Below, one piece after another: positions 19,988 to 28,999 of a stretch of 64,000 nt of DNA (position 1 is the first letter of the stretch; each line of letters starts with the position of its first letter). A model generated the notes under the pieces. That model did no database searches, had not been told where the DNA came from, and saw only the letters and a program-made list of their open reading frames with translations. This DNA comes from a bacterium (GTDB taxonomy: Bacteria > UBA10199 > 2-02-FULL-50-16 > JAJFLM01): positions 256,001-320,000 of the forward strand of contig CBDCFN010000015.1 of assembly GCA_965216315.1 (NCBI GenBank). Reading direction: 5' to 3'. The position numbers were made by a program, and so were the translations under genes.

Positions 19988-20111
19988 ATGACCCGTGCCT
20001 ATATCATTTAGATCGACACAAAATCCAATTCGTTGCTAATTTTCGCTAAATGGAAAGCTTTTTTTCTACAAGAATTCCAACACCTTAAAAACCCTCGGAA
20101 AATTAGCGGGC

Positions 20112-20711
20112 TCAGAGGTTGAGGAAGTCCGGCAACTGTTTCACCAAGGCGCAAAGCGCCTGACCACGGTGGCTGAAGCGCGCCTTCTCGCTAGGAACGA
20201 GTTCTGCAAAGGTTTTGCCGGCGGCGGGACATAGAAACAAGGGATCATAACCAAAGCCGCCATGTCCCTGCGGTGCCAACAAAACCTCGCCATCGCAATG
20301 CCCGTGCACCAACAATTCACGACCCTCGGGAGTAACGAGCGCCATGACGCAAACGAAACGGGCCTGTCGTTGTTGTGGAGGAACCGCTTCCAACATTTTT
20401 AATAGATGCGCATTGTTCTCTTCATCGGTCGCGTGTTCGCCGGCAAAACGCGCTGAATGAATGCCGGGACGACCATTGAGGGCCAGTACCTCCAATCCTG
20501 AATCATCAGCTAACGCTGTTTTGCCCAGCTGTTCGACAATGACACGAGCCTTTTTGAGAGCATTCTCCTCAAAACTCGTCCCGTCTTCTTCGGCCACTCT
20601 TACCGCAGGAAACTGGGCTAAGTTTCGCAAGACAATCGGCAGATCGCTTAGACTCTGCTCAATCTCGCGTACTTTGCCACTATTGCCGGTCGCGAGAACA
20701 ATTTCGCGCAC
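20112..20711 (-). CDS. rdgB: XTP/dITP diphosphatase (Ham1 family)
   Basis: ATGNSGK, ADDSGL, GFGYDPLF, SHRG. Confidence 0.96.
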   Translation of the reverse strand: MREIVLATGNSGKVREIEQSLSDLPIVLRNLAQFPAVRVAEEDGTSFEENALKKARVIVEQLGKTALADDSGLEVLALNGRPGIHSARFAGEHATDEENNAHLLKMLEAVPPQQRQARFVCVMALVTPEGRELLVHGHCDGEVLLAPQGHGGFGYDPLFLCPAAGKTFAELVPSEKARFSHRGQALCALVKQLPDFLNL

Positions 20712-20714
20712 GAT

Positions 20715-22091
20715 TTAGGCAGGTCCTTCCATATCAGGGGGGATATCATGCACCATATCACCAAAACGTGTATAAGCCCCTTCAAATTGGAGGCGCACCG
20801 TTCCGGTGGGGCCATTCCGCTGTTTCCCTAAAATGATTTCCGCAACGCCTTTATTGAGGGTCTCTTTGTCGTAGACCTCTTCACGATAAATAAAGGCAAT
20901 CACATCGGCATCTTGCTCGATCGCCCCTGATTCGCGAAGATCCGCGAGTTGCGGGATGGGCGGTCGCCGGTTTTCGACCATGCGATTGAGCTGTGATAAG
21001 GCGATGACCGGGATATTCAGCTCTTTGGCGAGGGCCTTCAGGGACATACTGATCTCGGAAATCTCCCGCTCCCGACTCTCGACTCGGCCCGCCCCCCTCA
21101 TCAGCTGCAGATAATCAACGACAACCAAACCAAGACCATGCTCACGATGGAGCCGCCGTGCTTTGGCACGAATCGCCAGAGACGTAATCGCCGGCGTATC
21201 ATCAATGAACAAGGGCGTCTCGGAAAGATTGCCGGCGGCGTCCGTAATCCTTGCCCAATCATCGCGCGATAAAAACCCCGTACGCAATTTAGAAGCATCT
21301 ACACGGGCATCAACGCATAAAAGTCGCTGAACCAGCTGCTCTTTGGACATTTCCAAAGAAAAAACCGCCACGGGAACTTTGCGAGCACGACAGGCATTGA
21401 TGGCAATATTGAGGGCCAAGGCTGTTTTTCCCATTGAGGGGCGCCCCGCCACGATAATCAAATCAGAGGGTTGAAGGCCTGCGGTCATGCGATCCAAATC
21501 GACAAAACCCGTCGGCAAGCCTGTTACAGCTTCTTTGCGTTCAAACTGCTCTTCGATCTTGGCATAAGTATCCCGCACGACGTCGGATATTTTATAAAAG
21601 GGTTGGCGTACTTTATTTTGGGCAATATCAAAGATGCGTTTCTCGGCCTGATCGACAAAATCATCAATATGTCCCGTCTCTCGGTAGCCTTGCTCGACAA
21701 TGTCATTTGCAACGTTGATTAACTGACGTAAGACTGATTTTTCACGAACAATCGTCGCGTAAGGACCCACACTCGCCGCCGTCGGAACGCCCTCAACCAA
21801 CATCGCCAATGCGGCCCGCCCCCCGATATTTTCCAATTCTCCGCGCCCATTAAGATGATTGGTCAACGTCAGCAGATCAATGGGTTCATTCTTATCGAGT
21901 AGCTCGAGCAATGATTCATAAATAAGCCGGTGCGCCGGGCGGTAAAAGTCATCGGATCGAATGATTTCCATAACCCGATACAATGCCTCGTTATCAAGCA
22001 AAACGGCGCCCAGCACCGCCTGCTCCGCCTCAATATTGTGAGGCGGGATACGTTCCAACACATCCGTTACTGTTTGTTTCGCTAGATCCAT
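20715..22091 (-). CDS. dnaB: Replicative DNA helicase
   Basis: PPHNIEAEQ, GRPSMGKT, VDYLQLM, DLRESGAIEQDAD. Confidence 0.98.
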   Translation of the reverse strand: MDLAKQTVTDVLERIPPHNIEAEQAVLGAVLLDNEALYRVMEIIRSDDFYRPAHRLIYESLLELLDKNEPIDLLTLTNHLNGRGELENIGGRAALAMLVEGVPTAASVGPYATIVREKSVLRQLINVANDIVEQGYRETGHIDDFVDQAEKRIFDIAQNKVRQPFYKISDVVRDTYAKIEEQFERKEAVTGLPTGFVDLDRMTAGLQPSDLIIVAGRPSMGKTALALNIAINACRARKVPVAVFSLEMSKEQLVQRLLCVDARVDASKLRTGFLSRDDWARITDAAGNLSETPLFIDDTPAITSLAIRAKARRLHREHGLGLVVVDYLQLMRGAGRVESREREISEISMSLKALAKELNIPVIALSQLNRMVENRRPPIPQLADLRESGAIEQDADVIAFIYREEVYDKETLNKGVAEIILGKQRNGPTGTVRLQFEGAYTRFGDMVHDIPPDMEGPA

Positions 22092-22535
22092 CTATGCCTT
22101 CACGACATTAATTTTACATTTTGCGACGACGCCCGAGTACACTCGAACATCAACCGGATGCTCTCCGAGCGTCCGAATGGCATCACTAAAAGAGATCATT
22201 TTGCGATCGACCTTTACGCCCTGTTGCTGAATCACTTCTTCCACGTCGGCAGTCGTCACAGAACCATAAAGCTTGTCTTCTTCACCGGCTTCTTTGGTAA
22301 TACTCAAGGTCAAGGCCTCTATCTGTTTCGCCAAGGCCTCCGCCTCCGCTTTTTGCTGGGCCTGTTTGGCCTCTAAAGCAGCACGTTCCGCCTCAAGCCG
22401 TTTCTTGTTTCCTTCCGTAGCCATATAGGCCAAGCGATTAGGAATGAGATAATTGCGGGCGTATCCCGACTTGACCTTAACAATTTCTCCGACCTCGCCG
22501 AGTGCCGCAATATTTTCTCTAAGAATGACTTCCAT
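22092..22535 (-). CDS. rplI: 50S ribosomal protein L9
   Basis: VKVKSGYARNYLIP, KLYGSVT. Confidence 0.97.
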   Translation of the reverse strand: MEVILRENIAALGEVGEIVKVKSGYARNYLIPNRLAYMATEGNKKRLEAERAALEAKQAQQKAEAEALAKQIEALTLSITKEAGEEDKLYGSVTTADVEEVIQQQGVKVDRKMISFSDAIRTLGEHPVDVRVYSGVVAKCKINVVKA

Positions 22536-22538
22536 GAT

Positions 22539-23600
22539 TTATTCTCCTTGTGAGGATTCTTTCTTGCTAAAATTACGCTTCCTAAAATTAAACCAAACAT
22601 CAAATAGGCCGAGGGCCGCTACAAAAAGGGCCAGGACCTGGAAAAAAAATATCAGCGCCCCGTAGATCAGAACTTTCGTCACAATACTGCGGCGACTCTG
22701 TGCAAAGTAGGCGACAATCGCCAGCCCCTGGAAAAAATAAATCGCACCGCACACCCACAGAATGTTACTAGCGCCAATGGCCAACACGCCTTGATCCCCA
22801 CCAGATCCACTGATCAGGTACACATCAAGAAAATAGACCGCGCCCGCGACAATCGGAACCCAAACGAATCGTTCCACCATTCGCCACTTCGTCAAGCTTC
22901 CAAAGTGGTGAAAGAGCGGCACACTTCGCTTTTTGTCAAAACGTAAGCTCCAGAGCCGAGCGAGCAATACATTACCCCATACCGTCACTAAAGTTCCAAT
23001 CACGGCTCCTGCGGGCAGCATTCTCAAGACCTGCTGAGCAATGTCCTCGCGACGTGTCTGGAGAAAGCGAAGGTCTTCGCCCGACAGGCCGGCCGGCGTA
23101 CCTACCTTGATAATGTTGTCCAAGACATGGAGCATATAATTCCTTGCTTGGGCCATCACATCAATCTCGTTGGCCAGCGCAAACACTAAAACCACGAGGG
23201 CCATTCCAATTAAAGGTGCAAAGATCGCAATTCCAAAACTACGCTCTAACGAATATCTTTTCTCTTCCATCCAACCGAGGAGGCCGGCAATGGCCGCATA
23301 ATAACTAAAATACAGCAGCCCAAAACCCAGTACGACTTTATTGCCAAAGTAGCCTCTAAACCCAAAACCAGGCAACGGAAACCAACGCTCCCAAGCTCCC
23401 GGTTCTGCTCCGCTCCCTTGCAAGAGCGCCATGTAGAGCAGTAGCAAACCCAGTATCGCAATCAGGAGCGACGCGGCAAAAGCCACGCCACCATTTCGAC
23501 TGTAGCGATACAAGAGGGGGAGCGGCGTCCATAATACAAAAACACCGCTCACATAGAGCATCCAAGTAGCCCCAACCGATATCAATAGCGCCGCATTCAC
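22539..23600 (-). CDS. DUF2232/YybS-family membrane protein
   Basis: Polytopic; YFFQGLAI, LGLFDVWFNFR; lies between rpsR and rplI. Confidence 0.85.
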   Translation of the reverse strand: MNAALLISVGATWMLYVSGVFVLWTPLPLLYRYSRNGGVAFAASLLIAILGLLLLYMALLQGSGAEPGAWERWFPLPGFGFRGYFGNKVVLGFGLLYFSYYAAIAGLLGWMEEKRYSLERSFGIAIFAPLIGMALVVLVFALANEIDVMAQARNYMLHVLDNIIKVGTPAGLSGEDLRFLQTRREDIAQQVLRMLPAGAVIGTLVTVWGNVLLARLWSLRFDKKRSVPLFHHFGSLTKWRMVERFVWVPIVAGAVYFLDVYLISGSGGDQGVLAIGASNILWVCGAIYFFQGLAIVAYFAQSRRSIVTKVLIYGALIFFFQVLALFVAALGLFDVWFNFRKRNFSKKESSQGE

Positions 23601-23608
23601 AGCAACGA

Positions 23609-23848
23609 CTACCTATGGGCCGTCGTAAAAGGTATATACGCCAGAATGCGGGCGCGTTTAATTTCCTGAGTCAACCGCCGCTGATGCCGGGCACAGTTAC
23701 CGGTAATACGACGTGGCAAAATTTTAAAATTCGCCGTTAAAAACTGCGACAGAGTCCTTTGCTCCCTATAGGTCAAGGGAATTTCGGGATCACTACAAAA
23801 ACGGCATGTTTTGCGTCGTTGCCTTCGCTTTCCATTGGTATCTTCCAT
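23609..23848 (-). CDS. rpsR: 30S ribosomal protein S18 (Zn-ligand-bearing type)
   Basis: CRFC, KILPRRITGNCARHQR, IKRAR. Confidence 0.96.
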   Translation of the reverse strand: MEDTNGKRRQRRKTCRFCSDPEIPLTYREQRTLSQFLTANFKILPRRITGNCARHQRRLTQEIKRARILAYIPFTTAHR

Positions 23849-23864
23849 AATTCCTTCTTTCTAG

Positions 23865-24263
23865 TTAGCTGACAGCTGCAGCTTCTTGGCCCTTGTCACT
23901 CGCTTCTTCTGCAGCCGGCGGAGGCGGCGCCGCTTTTTTCTCCTCATAATCCTTCTTCGCCTTCTCGACGTCGATATCACGACCCAAGCGAATCGTAAGA
24001 AAACGCAGTATCTCCGCTGAAATACGAAAAAGCCCTTCTATCTCATCGACCAAGGCACCGGTCCCGATGAAATCAACCTGCACATAATGTCCTTTGGGTT
24101 CTTTCTTGATCGGGTACGCCATGGTCTTTTCGCCTAGATCTTGCAAACCAAGGATTTCGCCACCGTGCTTTTCAAAGGCCTTAGTAAAACGCGCTTCTAA
24201 TTTTTTGAATTTCTCCGGATCGGCGCCCAGTTTACGAATGTATGTCAGTTCATATTGATTCAT
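23865..24263 (-). CDS. rpsF: 30S ribosomal protein S6
   Basis: YELTYI, MAYPIKK..GHY, ILRFL. Confidence 0.93.
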   Translation of the reverse strand: MNQYELTYIRKLGADPEKFKKLEARFTKAFEKHGGEILGLQDLGEKTMAYPIKKEPKGHYVQVDFIGTGALVDEIEGLFRISAEILRFLTIRLGRDIDVEKAKKDYEEKKAAPPPPAAEEASDKGQEAAAVS

Positions 24264-24291
24264 TGATTAACTCCTTACGTTCTAAAAAAAT

Positions 24292-24819
24292 CTATCCTTC
24301 ACTTACCCAGCGCTCGGCCGCTATCGCCGCTTGTTCAATTAAGTTTTCTACTGCATCCGCTTGGTCTGCTGAAAAACGCGACAAGACAAAATCAACCGGC
24401 TTGCCTCGTTCCGGGCGGCCAATACCCAAACGCAAGCGATAAAAATCTTTGCCGCCTACCATCTCAATGATGGAGCGAACCCCACGATGCCCCGCGGCTC
24501 CCGCATCATAGACCAGCTTGAATTTGCCGAGCTCAAAATCCAATTCATCGTGCAGTACCAATAAATCCTCTTTGCCGAGTTTCCAATAAGCCATGGCCGG
24601 CGCGACAGACTCTCCGCTGAGATTCATATAGGTCTGGGGCATCATCAAAAGGACCTTTTCGTCCCCAATCTGGCCCATGCCGTAGTTCGCTTGAAACTTT
24701 TCTTTGCGCACCGGAATATCATGTCGCGCTGCTAGGCGGTCCAAGACCTCAAATCCAATATTATGCCGCGTTCCTTGATATTCGGAACCTGGATTGCCAA
24801 GCCCCGCAATCAGCTTCAT
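24292..24819 (-). CDS. pth: Peptidyl-tRNA hydrolase
   Basis: GLGNPG..Y..TRHNIGF, TYMNLSG, HDELD, RLRLGIGRP. Confidence 0.97.
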   Translation of the reverse strand: MKLIAGLGNPGSEYQGTRHNIGFEVLDRLAARHDIPVRKEKFQANYGMGQIGDEKVLLMMPQTYMNLSGESVAPAMAYWKLGKEDLLVLHDELDFELGKFKLVYDAGAAGHRGVRSIIEMVGGKDFYRLRLGIGRPERGKPVDFVLSRFSADQADAVENLIEQAAIAAERWVSEG

Positions 24820-24824
24820 CTATC

Positions 24825-25505
24825 TTACTTCTCTTCCTTCTTCTCGGCTTTATTCTCTTCTGGCTTCTCTTCACCCTCTTTGGCTTCCTCGCCTTCAGCC
24901 GCGGTTTCGACCGGTGCCACCTCTTCAACCTTAGTCGGGGCAACAACAGCGGCTACCGTATAATTGGTATCGACATGAGCGACGACGCCTTCGGGCAGAG
25001 GAAGATCTTCCACATGAAGACTTTGACCCATCTCCAACGAACTCACATCCGCAACAATATACTCGGGAATAACATTGGGCAGACACCGCAATTCGATTTC
25101 ACGACGAACAACGTCGAGTATGCCACCCGCCTTCACCCCTGGAGACGTCCCTTCGATATGGATGGGAATCGACACGGTGACCTCTTCTTTGAGATTAACC
25201 TTATAGAGATCGAGGTGAGTGAGAGTGCGGGTGACGGGGTCCGCCTGATGACTTTTTATCAGCGTCAAGAGCTGCTCACCTGCTTTAATCCCTTTGGCCT
25301 CACCCTTGACCTGAAGATCGATAAGTCCATTAAAGCCTTCGGCGCCCATTAGCTTGTCCATGATTCGTGCATCGACGACTAGAGCCACCCCATCAACGGC
25401 ATGGCCATACAGGACCGCGGGTAGCTTGCCTTTGCGGCGCAAACGACGCGAGGCGGCCGTGCCGGTACTCGTTCTCACTTCAGCTTCGATTTTTACTTGT
25501 TGCAT
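24825..25505 (-). CDS. rplY: 50S ribosomal protein L25/Ctc
   Basis: SRRLRRKGKLPAVLYG, GVKAGG; prs-rplY-pth synteny. Confidence 0.95.
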   Translation of the reverse strand: MQQVKIEAEVRTSTGTAASRRLRRKGKLPAVLYGHAVDGVALVVDARIMDKLMGAEGFNGLIDLQVKGEAKGIKAGEQLLTLIKSHQADPVTRTLTHLDLYKVNLKEEVTVSIPIHIEGTSPGVKAGGILDVVRREIELRCLPNVIPEYIVADVSSLEMGQSLHVEDLPLPEGVVAHVDTNYTVAAVVAPTKVEEVAPVETAAEGEEAKEGEEKPEENKAEKKEEK

Positions 25506-25524
25506 GACTCTCTTCCTTCCTTCG

Positions 25525-25596
25525 TAGGGGCTCGCGTCGCCCCCTCCAAAAGCAAAGCTCCTGGAGCCTTCCCCTCTCGCTCGCGTTGCTCGCTAG
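25525..25596. repeat. 72-bp dispersed repeat (family B), copy 2
   Basis: 67/72 identical to reverse complement of 13803-13874. Confidence 0.85.
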
Positions 25597-25614
25597 GGTG
25601 AAGCGCGTATTTAT

Positions 25615-26568
25615 TTACACAAATAACGATGAAACAGACTCTCCTGTATGAATTCTACGTATCGCCTCACCGAGTATCCCCGCCACGGACATCACTTGAA
25701 TCTTGGAACAATTGTCCTGTTTCTCTCCAAGCGGGATACTGTCAGAAACAATCAGCCCAGACAGCGATGAATTGTTAACCCTATCAATGGCCGGACCGGA
25801 TAAGACCGGGTGAGTACAAATCGCATAAACCTCTTTGGCACCCTTCGCTAGCAGCGCTTCTGCCGCGTTGGTGAGGGTCCCGGCCGTATCAACCATATCG
25901 TCAACAATCACCGCGGTCTTGCCTTCCACCTTACCAATAACGTGCATGACCTCTGACTCATTCGGCGAATCACGACGCTTATCAATGATTGCCAACGTCC
26001 CATCAAGGCGCTTCGCGTAGGCACGCGCCCGTTCCACCCCGCCGGCATCCGGTGAGACGATAACGAGATTCCCATTAATTCTTTTAGACGTAATGAACTC
26101 CAGAAAGATCGGAGTCGCATAGAGATGATCCACGGGAATATTAAAGAACCCTTGGATTTGGCCCGCGTGCAAATCCATCGTAATCACTCGCGACGTTCCT
26201 GCCGCAGTAATGAGGTCCGCTACCAGTTTGGAGGTGATCGGTGTCCGTGGCGCCACTTTGCGATCCTGGCGCGCATAGCCAAAGTAGGGAATGACTGCGG
26301 TGATACGATCAGCTGATGCTCGCCGTAAGGCATCGATGATGATCAACAGTTCCATTAAGTTTTCGTTGCTCGGGCTGCAAGTCGGTTGGACAACAAAGAC
26401 ATCCTGGCCGCGTACGTTCTCATCCACCTCGACGAAGATCTCACCGTCTGAAAAACGACGGATGTTCGCCTTGCCGAGCGGTAACCCGACAACCTCACTG
26501 ATACGCTCGCCCAGGGCGCGATTAGCGCTCCCTGAGAACAACTTCATCCCAAAATTTATCGCCGTCAT
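25615..26568 (-). CDS. prs: Ribose-phosphate pyrophosphokinase
   Basis: [36 protein letters not shown]. Confidence 0.98.
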   Translation of the reverse strand: MTAINFGMKLFSGSANRALGERISEVVGLPLGKANIRRFSDGEIFVEVDENVRGQDVFVVQPTCSPSNENLMELLIIIDALRRASADRITAVIPYFGYARQDRKVAPRTPITSKLVADLITAAGTSRVITMDLHAGQIQGFFNIPVDHLYATPIFLEFITSKRINGNLVIVSPDAGGVERARAYAKRLDGTLAIIDKRRDSPNESEVMHVIGKVEGKTAVIVDDMVDTAGTLTNAAEALLAKGAKEVYAICTHPVLSGPAIDRVNNSSLSGLIVSDSIPLGEKQDNCSKIQVMSVAGILGEAIRRIHTGESVSSLFV

Positions 26569-26680
26569 GGCATCTCCTTAAATTTATTAACGCTCCAAGG
26601 CGGCTATGCCGACCGCGGGAGCGGGGGGTATGGGGGTCATCGGAAACCGCGTAGCGGTGAACGGGACCCCCATTATAATG

Positions 26681-26751
26681 CTCGGGGACGTGGACTCGAA
26701 CCACGATCGACGGCGTCAAAGGCCGCTGTCCTACCATTAGACGATCCCCGA
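26681..26751 (-). tRNA. tRNA-Gln(TTG); CCA not encoded
   Basis: TCGGGGA acceptor stem, anticodon arm GCGGC-CTTTGAC-GCCGT, T arm CGTGG-TTCGAGT-CCACG; classic ispE-tRNA-Gln-prs position. Confidence 0.95.
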
Positions 26752-26756
26752 AAACC

Positions 26757-27623
26757 TTAGCGGCCTAATAGCGCCGCCGCGCATACCCAATAGTCTGGAT
26801 AGGCGTTTCGTAAAATCTCAAGCGCTTGATCGCGCGTTTTATTTTGGGAGAAGAGACCAAATACCGTCGATCCGCTCCCGGACATAAGGGCCGCCTCGGC
26901 TCCGTGCTGCGTCAGTTGAGACTTGAGTTCAGCAATGATCGGATGAGAACCTACTACGACCGATTCCAGATCGTTGGTGACGTATGGAATCAATTGCTCC
27001 AACGTCTCGAACGAAGGCGGGACCGTAGCAGGGCCCTCAAATGAAGTCAATTGCTGCGACAGCTCCTGATAGACCTTTTGAGTGCTGATATGAATGCCGG
27101 GGTTGATCAGGATGACGTGGAGTTCCGGCAGGACAGAGCAAGGCTTGAGGACCTCACCGATGCCTTCCATCCACGCGGCACTAGGGCGACGGCTGGCATG
27201 AAGGAAAAAGGGCACATCCGCACCTACCTTATAAGCGAGCTCAGGATAGGCTGTCGTCGGCAATTCACGGCCGGTCAGCTGTTCCACCACCCGCATCACG
27301 GCCGCAGCATCCGAGGACCCCCCGCCGAGCCCGGCCCCGATTGGGGTCTCTTTGCTCAGCTCGATCTCGAGCCCGCCTGGGTAGTCCAAGTGCTCGGCGG
27401 CAAAACGGAAGGCACGACCAAGGAGCGAATCCTCGTTGGTGGGGATGTCGGGCTGGTTGCAGCGGATTTGAAGGCCGCTCTCCTTCGGACACACCTTTAG
27501 GGCGTCTCCCACCGATAAGGGCACCATCAGGCTCTGGAGCTCATGGTAGCCATCCTCACGGCGACCGGTCACCTTGAGGCAGAGGTTTATCTTAGCCGGG
27601 GCCTGGAGTTCAAAGGAGGTCAT
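26757..27623 (-). CDS. ispE: 4-diphosphocytidyl-2-C-methyl-D-erythritol kinase
   Basis: APAKINL, PIGAGLGGGSSDAAA, GADVPFF, MSGSGS. Confidence 0.97.
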   Translation of the reverse strand: MTSFELQAPAKINLCLKVTGRREDGYHELQSLMVPLSVGDALKVCPKESGLQIRCNQPDIPTNEDSLLGRAFRFAAEHLDYPGGLEIELSKETPIGAGLGGGSSDAAAVMRVVEQLTGRELPTTAYPELAYKVGADVPFFLHASRRPSAAWMEGIGEVLKPCSVLPELHVILINPGIHISTQKVYQELSQQLTSFEGPATVPPSFETLEQLIPYVTNDLESVVVGSHPIIAELKSQLTQHGAEAALMSGSGSTVFGLFSQNKTRDQALEILRNAYPDYWVCAAALLGR

Positions 27624-27797
27624 TGCCCGGGCAAACTACTCAAAACTAAGGTCCTGGGCAAGGGGCTGGCAAAAATCATCGGGTCCTGGGATTCTCTTTA
27701 GACTTTTAGCGTCCATTGCCATATATGGCCATTTTTGGGTTGCCACCCGGCTCACGAATTGCTTAAAAAAGCGGCAAAGGGAGCCCATCCAAGAATT

Positions 27798-28754
27798 ATG
27801 GTTCGTACGCGTAAGACAGAACGTCGGCGGGGTCGTTTGGCCCGCGTCGCCAACTCGCACGAAGACTATACCGAGAGCTTCGACAAGACACCCATATCCT
27901 TTCAAAGCCGTGGCAAGGGTGAGTTTCCGCTCGTCTGCTGCAACGGGCTCGGCGTCGGTCCCTTCTTTTGGGTCTACGTTCAACAGTACTTTGCTCAACG
28001 CAATCAAATCGTAACCTGGGACTACCGCGGCCATGGGGAATCGGGCCTGCTCGAGAATGTCGAACACTATACCCTCGATGCCCTGGTCAAAGACTGCAAG
28101 AGTGTTGTCGATGCACTGTCCCTCAAGAAAAGCGTGCTGATCGGCCACAGTCTGGGCGCCCAATTAATCCTCGAGTTCTACCGCCAATTTCCGAGCCGGG
28201 TGAAGGCCCTGGTCCTCTGCTTTGGGACGGACGGGCGCCCGATGAACACCTTCTACAATATGCGCCTGTCCCGCCACCTCTTTGAGATCTGTTACAAAAT
28301 CGGGCAGAAGTTCCCGGCCCAGAGCAACCTGATCGGTCGCCTCCTGCTGCAAAACCCACTCTCCTTCTTTATGGGCGGCCTCTTCAAAATCATGAACACC
28401 GACATGATCGAACGCGAAAAGGTCGAGGAGTACATCAACCATCTGCTCGACGTCGATCCGATCTTTTTCACGCGCCTGCTCAAGAGTGCGCAGGAACACA
28501 GCTGCCAGGACCTGCTCCCCGAGATCAAGGTCCCGACCCTGATCATCGCCGGCCAGGATGACCAATTCACCCCTCTCTGGATCTCAAAGAAAATGCACCG
28601 CTTGATCCCCAACTCCGAGCTCTTCGTCGTCAAAAAGGGCAGCCACGCCGCCCTCGTCGAGCAACCGGAATTGATCAATCTGAGGATCGAGAAGTTCCTC
28701 CAAGAACGCGTCGTCCCCTCTAAAAACGGGAGCGGCAGCTTCGTCGCCGCTTAA
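27798..28754 (+). CDS. Alpha/beta hydrolase
   Basis: WDYRGHGES, GHSLG nucleophile elbow, GQDD, GSH; start uncertain. Confidence 0.9.
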   Translation: MVRTRKTERRRGRLARVANSHEDYTESFDKTPISFQSRGKGEFPLVCCNGLGVGPFFWVYVQQYFAQRNQIVTWDYRGHGESGLLENVEHYTLDALVKDCKSVVDALSLKKSVLIGHSLGAQLILEFYRQFPSRVKALVLCFGTDGRPMNTFYNMRLSRHLFEICYKIGQKFPAQSNLIGRLLLQNPLSFFMGGLFKIMNTDMIEREKVEEYINHLLDVDPIFFTRLLKSAQEHSCQDLLPEIKVPTLIIAGQDDQFTPLWISKKMHRLIPNSELFVVKKGSHAALVEQPELINLRIEKFLQERVVPSKNGSGSFVAA

Positions 28755-28864
28755 GGTCAGCCCCCCAAGCGCATCCGCCCGGATTCACCGCACCCTGCAA
28801 ATTCTACTGCATTGCCACCATCATCAAGGTATACTCAAAAACTATGAAATTTGCCGGTAGCGGC

Positions 28865-28891
28865 GCAACTGCACCCTGCGTCCCATCGATA
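28865..28891 (+). promoter_or_regulatory. Candidate motif variant GCAAC-N16-TCGATA
   Basis: About 110 nt upstream of the CDS at 29000. Confidence 0.35.
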
Positions 28892-28999
28892 ATTACAGAC
28901 GTGTCAGGGAGGTGCGTTGGAATTCCTTCCCATATAATCTATCCGAGCAAGTCAAACACGGCACGGGTGCGTCGTCATGTCTAACCAGGAGGCTATCAT

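Noticed and set aside
26681..26751. tRNA as an integration site for an island
   Set aside because: No integrase and no duplicated tRNA 3' end noticed; ispE-tRNA-prs synteny intact.
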